Source of the DNA: Stegostoma tigrinum
Taxonomy: Eukaryota
NCBI RefSeq assembly: GCF_030684315.1
Contig: NC_081381.1
Location: 28,413,114-28,477,113, forward strand
Direction of reading: 5' to 3'
DNA length: 64,000 nucleotides
Shown: positions 34,981-46,100 of the stretch, piece by piece
How positions within the stretch are numbered: position 1 is the first letter of the stretch
Layout of the letters: each line of letters starts with the position of its first letter
Position numbers and translations under genes: made by a program
Notes under the pieces: generated by a model
Told to the model about the DNA's origin: nothing
Database searches by the model: none
The model's input: only the letters and a program-made list of their open reading frames with translations

Positions 34981-37457
34981 GTTGATGGTTGTAGCAAAAT
35001 GGAAAACTCCTTTCTCAGTACTTTTTCTTTGTATCAAAAACTTACATAGGGTGTAATGTATTAACTTTGAAATCTTCATGTGTCTAAAGCACATCGTCCT
35101 GATTTCCGTTCTGTTTTGTCTAGGCCATCATTTATTTCCCATTAAGAGTCAACCCGCATTGCTGTGGATCTGAAGTCTCATGTAGGTCAGACCAGGTATA
35201 GATGACAGATTTTCTTCCCTAAAAGACATTAGTGAACCAGATGGGTTTATTGAATTCAAGTTTCATCATCTGATATGGTGGGTTTCATTCCATGACGCCA
35301 GAACATTAGCTTAGAGTTCTGCATTACAAGTCTAGTGCCATTACAACTATGCCACCACCTCCCCACTTGAACATTCATCCATTTTACGCATTACAATAAC
35401 CATTACAGTTGAAGGTACTTCACTGACTGCAAAGCACTTCGGGATGGCCTAAGATTGTATATAAATGCTAGTTCTTTAATATTTATTGTGGCAGTGAATG
35501 GCCTTTTTTAATTTGCTCTTGGAATGTGGGCATTGCTAGCAACAGGAGCACTTAATTCCATCCCGAATTGTCCTTGTACACAAGAACAACAGAAAATGGA
35601 GTAGGAATAACCCTTTTGGCCTTTGAACCTACTGTTATGATCAAAAGATTTGATTTTAGTTTGTAACCTTGATTCTACTTTTCTGTCTGTCCCTCATGAC
35701 CATTGACTTTCTTCTAGATTAAATTTTTTCCTTATTCAGCCTCAAGTATATTCAATGACTAAATGGTGGGGAGGCACTTCTTGACCCATTGCCGTCTGAG
35801 TGGTGTAGGTACATTCACACAGTTGTTAGGTAGGAAGTTCCAGGAATTTATGTCAGTGACAAAGGAATAATGATACATTTCCAAGTCAAAATGGTGTTTG
35901 ACTGAGAAGGAAACCTGCATGTAATGGTGCTCTCACGTACTTGTTGCCCTTATCCTTCTAGAAGTTGGAGGTTTGGGAAAAATGTGCCAAAGATATGCTG
36001 TTGAGGTGCTTTGTGCATCTTGTATGCACTGCATTTACATTGTTCTGGTGGTGGAGGAAGTGAATGTTTAAGGTGATGGTTGGTGTCAATCAAATTAATT
36101 GCTTAGTTCTGGATAATGTTGCATCCTTTGTGCATTTCAGCACACTCCAGATTCATGCCCTGTAGATGGTAGGAAAGTTATGAGGAGTCAGGAGGTTATT
36201 GCAGTACAGCAATGAAGGAATCATTATTGTTTATCACCAAGTGGTTCATGGTAGTTCATGACCCCAGGCTGTTGAGAGGAAGTTCAAGCATAGTGAATAT
36301 GGTGCCTACACTTAATGTCTGGGGAAATAATTTATCATTTGTTCAGTCCACGGAACTGTACCACAGCAAGAAAAATGCCTTCAGACATGCAGCAGAAAAG
36401 GGAGGAACTTAGACAAAGGAAAAGTAAAAGACATATGTTAAGATGATTGACGAACCATTGGACAAGGCCTTGCAAATACACACCACACAATAATAATACA
36501 ACATTTTACGATTGCTTTCATGGCTATATAAGTGTGTGCCAATTCAGAAAGCCAGTAAGTTAAATAGTTTGGAACTTATATTCAGCTTCAATGTCTCTAT
36601 TCTTGAATAGATATCTCCCTAGCCACAGAGCTAATGTTAATTATGTGCAGCTCCCCATGGAGACACTCTCTCATCTCCCATCTGCTCTAACATCAAACAC
36701 CAGTCAAGATACATTTGCAGCATCTTCAGTAAGTATCCCCCACAATTCCAGTTCTCCGGGATCACTTAATGATTCGACTGCTTTCACGAAACATGTTATC
36801 TACGAACTGAAGGTAGTGACTGTCAGGAATGTCTTTGCTGTCAGACTCACAAAGCATTGTCTCCAAGTCTCACCAGACATTTGCATCACCTTCATTCCTA
36901 CCTTTGGGGTTTGGTCAAATGTTCAAAGCAGCGCCGGAGTCTAACGAACATACAGACTGTTTAGTACCCTCAGTGTCCAATAAAGACAAAACAGAGCACC
37001 AGGTTTCAAAAAGTGTACGAACTTCTGCACCTAGAATAATGGATATTAAACGTCTGGCACTTTACATATTTTACAAGCTAGCGGCAATCAAATTAAGAAA
37101 AGCAGTAGGTGGATATTGTATTCACACAGCGCGACATAATACATGTTAATTGCTCCCAATATCCTCCAATACACAACATACTTGGACTTTTTTTCAGTTT
37201 GACAGAAGACGATTTATACACAAATTAGGTTCCTATCAATCGACTCGAGATAGACAGAGATACACACAGACTTTCATTTTACAACCACCTGCTATTGTCT
37301 CTGCTCGAGTAAACACAAACATATGAAAATTCTAAAACAGTCATTTACAAATGGGCAGCAGGTACGATAAGGTGAACAGACCGGCCTCGCCCAAAATAAC
37401 GTTAAAAAGGGCAGCTTTTGAGGTTTGCGCATTATCGTCCGTCAGGATATTTCTTAC

Positions 37458-37620
37458 CTGTGTATCTCCAGGGGACGAAGCACAGACTGTGACCGCTTTC
37501 CACACACAACCTGACAGTACCGAAGATTCAATATCCCAGGGACTGGGACAGAGCTGAGCATCCGCGCTCCCGGGGCGCGCTCCGGAAAATGATGTCAGCG
37601 ACAAATGGGGGCGGGCACAA
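37458..37620 (-). promoter_or_regulatory. DRAXIN: Putative DRAXIN non-coding exon 1 and promoter
   Basis: Strong donor CAG|gtaaga at 37458/37457, CpG-rich patch at 37560-37590, GC box GGGGGCGGG ~37607-37615; TSS not determinable. Confidence 0.6.
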
Positions 37621-37779
37621 CCCGAAAGAATAAAGAAATGCAACAAGAAGAACAAGACGACCAAATACACGAAAGTAAACTGGGTGCAGAGAATCATGCA
37701 CATCGAATGAATTATTTGCCCGACTTGAATTGCTGAGGAGGTAAATGGAGGGAGATGACCATCAACAACCTCATCAGAT

Positions 37780-37811
37780 TTCTGAAGAAGGGTCTAGACC
37801 CGAAACGTCAG
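37780..37811 (+). ncRNA. Minimal type-I hammerhead ribozyme motif (intact core)
   Basis: CUGAAGA-A-GGGUC-UA-GACCC-GAAAC-GUC. Confidence 0.78.
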
Positions 37812-38435
37812 CTTCCCAACTCCTCTGATGCTGCTTGGCCTGCTGTTCATCCAACTCTACACCTTGTTACTTCCTACAAACCAAACAGATGGCTATGGGC
37901 ACCCACAAGGGCCCAGGCTATGCCTGCTTCTTTGTAGGATTCATGGAACAGTCCCTCTTCAACAACTACACCGGCACCATACCTCACCTCTTTCTCTGCT
38001 ACCTTGCTAACGGTATAGGTGCTGGCTGGTGCTCCCACAAGGAGATCTAATAGTCTATCAACTTCACCAACACCTTTCACCATGCCCTCAAATTCACCTA
38101 GGCCATTTCTGACACCTCCCTCCCCTTCCTGGACCTCTCCATCTCCAACTCCAGTAACCAACTCACCACTAGCATCCATTTCAAACCCATTGACACCCAC
38201 AATTACCTTGGCTACACCTTCCATCTGACCTCCTGCAAAAATACTATCCCATACTCACAATTCCTCCGCCTCAGCTGCATCCACTCCCAGCATGAGGCGT
38301 GCTACTCTAGGACTTCTCAGATATCCTTCTACATTGACTTCCCCACTCTTTGGATGCTGTCTGATTTGCTGTGCTGTTCTAGCTCCACATTTATAGATCT
38401 AGCTTCCAGCATCTGCAGTGCTTACTGTTTCCAGT
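37780..38435 (+). mobile_element. PLE fragment in partial-tandem layout (pLTR, RT fragment, tail)
   Basis: pLTR 37780-37870 followed by FLQTKQMAMGTHKGPGYACFFVGFMEQSLF RT remnant and a second decayed terminus. Confidence 0.8.
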
Positions 38436-40184
38436 AGATGAGTGAATGTTAGATACACGTGACGAGGTTTGGTCCTGCTCAGCCGAGGTAATGAAGTTGG
38501 TGGCAGCATCATGATGTGGATAGAAAACAAGAAATATCAGAAGCAAAATGTTATTCTAACATTTGTGGCCACCGCAAGTGTTGTCTCCCAGGTAATCCTG
38601 CGAGAAATATATCCTTGGCACATTTTAGGAATGAAAACAGGAACAAATCCAAGAAACTAATCTGGAAAAAGGGAGAATGGTGGAAAGATGATTGTGAGAG
38701 TGATAGACTAGGAGTGAACAATCAGTGGGAGTTGTAGTTTGATGTAACAAAGTGTAAAATTGCATATGCATTATCGTAGAATTAGAGTACAGTCTAAATG
38801 GGGATAGTTGAATGTAGGAATTCGGAGATCTGGGTAATCAAATTAATAAAAAAATGTTAATGAGATCCTGGCTTCAATCAGAAGGTGCAAAAAAACAAGA
38901 AAACACTACAACAATGGAAGTCATGGAGGGAGGAGGGATTGTTGGTTTATAGTTTATGAGGGTAAGAAGATTGAAGGATTGTTAGTCCACGTTTGAAATA
39001 TCTGAGGGGCAATTTTATAGACAGGGATAACTTTTCCTTCAAGTTAGAAAATTCAGAGCAAGGAGACATAATCTTAAAATTCAGATTGAGCAGCTAAAAA
39101 GATCCCAGGGGTGAAAAAAAATATAGAGACTACTGACTGAATGTCATTGAAATTGCAGCAATTAAGATGTTTAACTGAGGATGGGTAACTGGGAAGTGAA
39201 ACTTTAAATGGAACAGAACTCTCCAACTTCGAGTAATGCTGATCTTGCTAATGTTGATCTTTCTAGCGCTCACATGTAACGTGTATGCCTCTTTTCAAGT
39301 TTTTTTTTAACCCCATGATCTGTATGTCCTTGCTTGCTATGATCTGCCTGTACTGCTTGTAAATAAAGCTTTTCACTGCACTCAGGCACATGTGACAATA
39401 ATTCAACTCAAATCAAATCAACAAGACAGGAAGATTGGATTACAAGAATTGAACTAACGTGGTTATCAAGTGAAAGAACAGGCTGCAATTTTAATATAAA
39501 TTTGTATTACACAGAAATTAAGGGAATTAAATACGATAAAGGAGAGAAAATAGTATACAAAAATGGACAGACAATAGCCATTCTTTAATGCAGAGAAGGT
39601 CAGATCATTTTTGGGACATCAGATGAATCTGGAGCGTTTGTGATCAAGGAAACAGCAAAGCAGACAGTAGAGAATCTAATTAGGTATTTATAGGTACAAA
39701 TATACAACTACAGGAATAAGGCACTAGATATAGTGGAACCATACCCATGTTTATGGTTCACACAAATATTCATCTTCCTCTCTTCATTTTACCATACCAT
39801 TATATTCCCTCTTCTTCTTCCTCCATATGTTTTCTTTAAGCTTCCCTTTAAGTGCATCTATCCTATTCTCTTCACCAAGAAGTTTCATGTTGTTACCGTT
39901 CTGTGAGTAAACAACTTTCTTCTGCATTGATTGGTAGATTTGTTGGTGAATATTTGATATTCATGACCCATAGTTTTAGTCTCTCCTACAAGTAGGTCAT
40001 CTACAGTAACTTCAGCAATCTTTTCTTAATCTTAAATATTTATAGGAACATAGGAAAACAGTTTACTGTTTCATATCGAATCTGTGAATCATGGAATCTC
40101 AGAACAATCAGCACAGAAGGAGGCTATTCAGCCTATTATACTCTTTGACAGAACGAACCAATTAGTACCACCCCACCAATCTCC

Positions 40185-41035
40185 AAATCCAACACATCTT
40201 CCTCCGACATTTCCACCACCTACAATCAGACCCCACCACTAGAAAGATATTTCCTTCATGATCTGTCTGCTTTCTGCAAGGACCATTCACTTTGCAAGTC
40301 CCTCGTTAGCTGTACACTCCCCACCACACCTGGTACCTTGGAATCGCAACAGGCGCAACAACTGCTCCCACACCTCTACTCTTACTTCTGACCAAAGCCC
40401 CAAACAACCTTTCCAGATCTGGCAGACATTCACCTGTACCTCATCCAACCTGATTTATTGTATTCATTGCTCCCAATGTGGTCTCCTTTATATTGGGGAG
40501 ACCAAACGCAGACTAGGGAACTGGTTCGCCGAGCATCTGTGCTCTGTGTGCATTAACCAACCCAACCTTCTGCTTGCTAACCATTTTAATTCACCCTCTA
40601 ACTCTCCTGGCAACACGTTCATCCTTGGGCTCCTCCACTTTCAGAATGAGGCCAAGTGTAAACTGGGGGAACAACATCTGATATTTTGCCTTGGGAGTTT
40701 ATAGCCCAAGGGCCTGAATATTGACTTCACTAGATTGAAAATCCTTCCACCCCGAGCCTTATCCCATGTCCCACATCCCTGAACTCTCCATCTTCCTACC
40801 CACGTATCCACTCCACCCTTCCCACTGACCAATCACTATAACCCATTATCTGCATCAACCTATCACCTACCTTTCCCCAGCCCCACTCCTCTATTACTGG
40901 GCTCCACTCCCACTTTCCAGTCTTGATGAAGGGTTTTGGCCCAAAAAGTTGACTTTCCTGCTCTTCTGATGCTGTCTGTCCAGCTCCATGTTTCTTCATT
41001 CTGGCTTTTAGCATCTGCAGTTCTTACTGTCTCCT
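40185..41035 (+). mobile_element. Decayed PLE 3' fragment (GIY-YIG)
   Basis: ORF 40258-40704 [23 protein letters not shown]; degenerate hammerhead at ~40923-40950. Confidence 0.85.
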
Positions 41036-41309
41036 GGTTTCATTCTCCTGTTCTTTATTCCTACCTGGGAATATTTTCCCCTCAAGCATTTACCCAACTC
41101 TTTAATACCACAAATGAATCTGCTTCTATTCCCCTTTTTAGATCACAACAACTCACAATGTAAATAAAATTTTTCTCATGTCCATTGTTTTATTTGTGAG
41201 AAATATACGAACTTACAAATTATGATCTTGCTGGTTGGGGAAGAAGTGAAACAGAACTTGCAATTAGAAAGCCAATGATATGTTGTTTCTGTTACTAATG
41301 GCTGAGGAA

Positions 41310-41648
41310 GGGTGGATGCTGGGAAGTTGTTTCCATTAGGCGAGGAGACTAGGACCTGTGGGCACAGCCTTAGAATTAGAGGGGGTAAATTTAAAACGGA
41401 AATGAGGAGGCATTTCTTCAGCCAGAGAGTGGTGAGCCTGTGGAATTCATTGCCATGGAGCGCAGTGGAGGCTGGGACATTAAATGTCTTCAAGGCAGAG
41501 ATTGATAAATTCTTGATCTCACAAGGAATCAAGGGCTACAGGGAGAGTGCAGGGAAGTGGAGTTGAAATGCCCGTCAGCCATGATTTAAATGTGGAGTTG
41601 ACTCGATGGGCCAAATGGCCTTACTTCCACTCTTATATCTTATGGTCT
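41310..41648 (+). mobile_element. CR1 LINE 3' end (relatively young)
   Basis: ORF DAGKLFPLGEETRTCGHSLRIRG...RRHFFSQRVVSLWNSLP; CTTATGGTCT tail. Confidence 0.85.
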
Positions 41649-41914
41649 AATGTATTAAAAAAAACTGATGGAGTATTGGCATTATCACAGAACTAGCATT
41701 CCAGGGACCAAAGCTAATGCACTGGGAGCATGAATGATGAAATTTGGATTTAATTAATAAATCTTGAATTTAAAAAGCTAGTCCAATGGCAACTAAGAAA
41801 TGTCAGTAAAACAAATGTAGTTCATCCTGCTCTTTGAGGAAGGAAAACCTGCAATTTGTACCCAGTCTGGCCTACCTACATTTCACTCCAGACCCATACT
41901 GATGTAATTAAGAT

Positions 41915-42300
41915 GTGTGGGGTTTAGATGGGCATGGAGGTGAGAATGAAGTGAGTATATGAGTGCAGGGGGTGAGGTGAAAGTGAAGGTCGGAGATAAA
42001 TATGTGAGAATGGAGGGTGTGTGGTGAAGGAAGGTGAACGGGATGAGGTGAGGAGCTGTAAGGTAACATGGGTGAAGCGGATGCTGAAGGTACAAGGCAA
42101 GGTGTCAGGGTGACAAAGCAGTTTTGTGGGTGGGGCTTGTAAGAAAGACGATAAAAGTGGTTGGTGAATGCGAAGGAATGTAAAGGTGAATACGGTAAGT
42201 GAAGGTAAAGGGTGAGGATGGAGGGTGTAAAGATGATGGTGAAAATTGAGAATTTAAAGGTTGTGAAGGTGATGGTGAAAATAGTGAATGGATATGGAAA
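41915..42300. repeat. Strand-biased low-complexity GGTGA/GAAG-rich tract
   Basis: Plus strand is very poor in C, with recurring GGTGA(A/G)G units. Confidence 0.7.
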
Positions 42301-42359
42301 TTTGAAGTCGGACGACGATCGCTCTGTCTCGCTCCAAACAGTTGGGTTCAAACTGAAGC

Positions 42360-42577
42360 TCGTGCTTTGGCGCGTGCTGGGTGCGCAAGTCGATGACGTC
42401 ATGGCGCACGACGTTGCAGGGCAAGGTCAAGCCCGACCGTCCCCGGAAGGTTACGGTTTCGGGGGCGGGGCATCCCGGAACAATGAGGTTGTCGGCAGAA
42501 TCAATCCGATGTGTAGTCAGCAGCCAGCGGCGTTGAGCGGTGATCAGCAGTCGATTTTGTACTCGAAATAGGCCGGG
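42360..42577 (+). promoter_or_regulatory. MAD2L2: MAD2L2 CpG promoter and non-coding exon 1
   Basis: E2F-type TTTGGCGC 42366-42373, CRE TGACGTCA 42394-42401, ETS CCGGAAG 42443-42449, GC box 42461-42470, donor GGG|gtaagg at 42577/42578. Confidence 0.75.
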
Positions 42578-43154
42578 GTAAGGAATCCAGTATGCAGTTC
42601 CCCCGCCTGGGTGTCCTGTTTAGGTTTTGTCCCCGTAGCACTGCCGCTTCACGCCTCCGTTCTCATGAATATTTCCAAGTTTAATTTACACTGAATAGCG
42701 CCACTTTTCTAATGTCATCCCCTCTTGTTGTACTTATTCTGACCTCAGAATAAAACTGGTCCGATTTATAGGGCTGTATCGCCTTGGACCAAGACGTGAG
42801 GGTGGCATCATAATTACCTAACTGGATTTGCACAGAAATAACATTCCAAGTCCTCAATCAGTGGAATTATCAATAAAAAATCGTTATAAATATTCCAAAG
42901 GGGAACGTGCTGTGGCAGGGAGAAAAAATCTCGCTCTCGACTCCTTCATAATGATCCCTGAAAACTCTTCTTGACTAAGGTTTTGTCCACATAACTTTGA
43001 ATCTTGTGTGGCTCAGTGTCAATGTTTTTAAAAAAATGATAATCTTGTTTGTTAAAGGCTTTGGAGAATTTGTTACACATTGTTCATCTGAAAGTGTGAC
43101 ACAGCTCTCTGGATTAATTGTAATTTTTTTTTTACCTGGCAGGTGTTTATAAAC

Positions 43155-43194
43155 ATGACCACCCTCACACGACAGGACCTCAATTTTGGACAAG
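43155..43194 (+). CDS. MAD2L2: MAD2L2 first coding exon (exon starts 43143)
   Basis: [13 protein letters not shown]; CAAG|gtgcaa. Confidence 0.93.
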
Positions 43195-46100
43195 GTGCAA
43201 TCTTTGATATTCTCACTGTCAGTAATATGTTGCATGAAATTGTAACACAACCATTTAGTTTATTGTCACTTAACTCCTATTTCCATCTAACCTGTTGACA
43301 ATTTGGGAGATAGTTACATGGTTGGCTACGGCTTGTCCAAATGGTTGTTGGGCAGTGGAGATCATCATAACTGAACCTGATCCTCTGTTCAACTGATGTC
43401 ATATGCACTTTCAGATGGAGTTAATTGGTAATGAGGAATGAGTATAGTCAGAGTTTGTTTTGTATCCTGTACAAAGATACTGAGGACTGCACAATATTTT
43501 ACTGTAGTAGGCCCAGTGGCATCTCTTTTTAACAACTCTGTTCCCTTAAAGTATTGGCAATGATCTGTAGCCCAGGTTGTAGATGAGATTAGAGATAATG
43601 GGAACTGCAGATGCTGGAGAATTCCAAGATAATAAAATGTGAGGCTGGATGAACACAGCAGGACAAGCAGCATCTCAGGAGCACAAAAGCTGACGTTTCG
43701 GGCCTAGACCCTTCATCAGAGAGGGGGATGGGGAGAGGGAACTGGAATAAATAGGGAGAGAGGGGGAGGCGGACCGAAGATGGAGAGTAAAGAAGATAGG
43801 TGGAGAGAATATAGGTGGGGAGGTAGGGAGGGGATAGGTCAGTCCAGGGAAGACGGACAGGTCAAGGAGGTGGGATGAGGTTAGTAGGTAGATGGGGGTG
43901 TGGCTTGGGGTGGGAGGAAGGGATGGGTGAGAGGAAGAACCGGTTAGGGAGGCAGAGACAGGTTGGACTGGTTTTGGGATGCAGTGGGTGGGAGGGAAGA
44001 GCTGGGCTGGTTGTGTGGTGCAGTGGGGGGAGGGGACGAACTGGGCCGGTTTAGGGATGCAGTAGGGGAAGGGGAGATTTTGAAACTGGTGAAGTCCACA
44101 TTGATACCATATGGCTGCAGGGTTCCCAGGCGGAATATGAGTTGCTGTTCCTGCAACCTTCGGGTGGCATCATTGTGGCACTGCAGGAGGCCCATGATGG
44201 ACATGTCATCTAGAGAATGGGAGGGGGAGTGGAAATGGTTTGCGACTGGGAGGTGCAATTGTTTGTTGCGAACTGAGCGGAGGTGTTCTGCAAAACGGTC
44301 CCCAAGCCTCCGCTTGGTTTCCCCAATGTAGAGGAAGCCCGCACTGGGTACAGTGGATGCAGTATACCACATTGGCAGATGTGCAGGTGAACCTCTGCTT
44401 AATGTGGAATGTCAACTTGGGGCCTGGGATAGGGGTGAGGGAGGAGGTGTGGGGGCAAGTGTAGCATTTCCTGCGGTTGCAGGGGAAGGTGCCGGGTGTG
44501 GTGGGGTTGGAGGGCAGTGTGGAGCGAACAAGGGAGTCACGGAGAGAGTGGTCTCTCTGGAAAGCAGACAGGGGTGGGGATGGAAAAATGTCTTGGGTGG
44601 TGGGGTCGGATTGTAAATGGCGGAAGTGTCGGAGGATGATGCGTTGTATCCGGAGGTTGGTAGGGTGGTGTGTGAGAACGAGGGGGATCCTCTTAGGGCG
44701 GTTGTGGCGGGGGCGGGGTGTGAGGGATGTGTTGCGGGAAATGCGGGAGACGCGGTCAAGGGCGTTCTCGATCACTGTGGGGAGAAAGTTGCGGTCCTTA
44801 AAGAACTTGGACATCTGGGATGTGCGGGAGTGGAATGTCTTATCGTGGGAGCAGATGCGGTGGAGGCGGAGGAATTGGGAATAGGGGATGGAATTTTTGC
44901 AGGAGGGTGGGTGGGAGGAGGTGTATTCTAGGTAGCTGTGGGAGTCGGTGGGCTTGAAATGGACATCAGTTACAAGCTGGTTGCCTGAGATGGAGACTGA
45001 GAGGTCCAGGAAGGTGAGGGATGTGCTGGAGATGGCCCAGGTGAACTGAAGGTTGGGGTGGAAGGTGTTGGTGAAGTGGATGAACTGTTCGAGCTCCTCT
45101 GGGGAGCAAGAGGTGGCGCCGATACAGTCATCAATGTACCAGAGGAAGAGGTGGGGTTTGGGGCCTGTGTAGGTGCGGAAGAGGGACTGTTCCACGTAAC
45201 CTACAAAGAGGCAGGCATAGCTGGGGCCCATGCGGGTGCCCATGGCCACCCCCTTAGTCTGTAGGAAGTGGGAGGAGTCAAAAGAGAAGTTGTTGAGTGT
45301 GAGGACGAGTTCAGCTAGGCGGATGAGAGTGTCGGTGGAGGGGGACTGGTCGGGCCTGCGGGACAGAAAGAAGCGGAGGGCCTTGAGGCCATCTCCATGC
45401 GGAATGCAGGTGTACAGGGACTGGACGTCCATGGTGAATATGAGGTGTTGGGGGCCAGGGAATTGGAAGTCCTGGAGGAGGTGGAGGGCGTGGGTGGTGT
45501 CACGGATGTAGGTGGGGAGTTCCTGGACCAAAGGGGAGAAAATGGAGTCCAGATAGGTGGAGATGAGTTCGGTGGGGCAGGAGCAGGCTGAGACGATGGG
45601 TCGACCAGGGCAGGCAGGTTTGTGGATTTTGGGAAGGAGATAGAAACGGGCCGTGCGGGGTTGGGGAACAATGAGGTTGGAGGCTGTGGGTGGGAGGTCC
45701 CCTGAGGTGATGAGGTCATGAATGGTATTGGAGATGATGGTTTGGTGCTTGGGTGTGGGGTCATGATCGAGGGGGCGGTAGGAGGTGGTGTCGGAGTGTT
45801 GGCGTCTGGCCTCGGCGATGTAGAGGTCAGTGCGCCATACTACCACTGCGCCACCCTTGTCTGCGGGTTTGATGGAGAGGTTGGGGTTGGAGCGGAGGGC
45901 TGCCCGTTCTGCGGGGGAGAGGTTGGAGTGGGTGAGAGGGGTGGAGAGGTTGAGGCGGTTGATGTCTCGACGGCAGTTGGAGATGAAGAGGTCGAGGGAG
46001 GGTCGGAGGCCTGGGGGTGGTGTCCAGGAGGAGAACTTGTGTTGGAAGCGGGTGAAGGGGTCAGTGGAAGGAGGGTTAGGTTCCCGGTTGAAGAAGTAGG

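Noticed and set aside
41908-42571. 164-aa and 119-aa ORFs near the MAD2L2 promoter
   Set aside because: Arise from low-complexity and CpG-rich sequence; no recognisable domain or splice support
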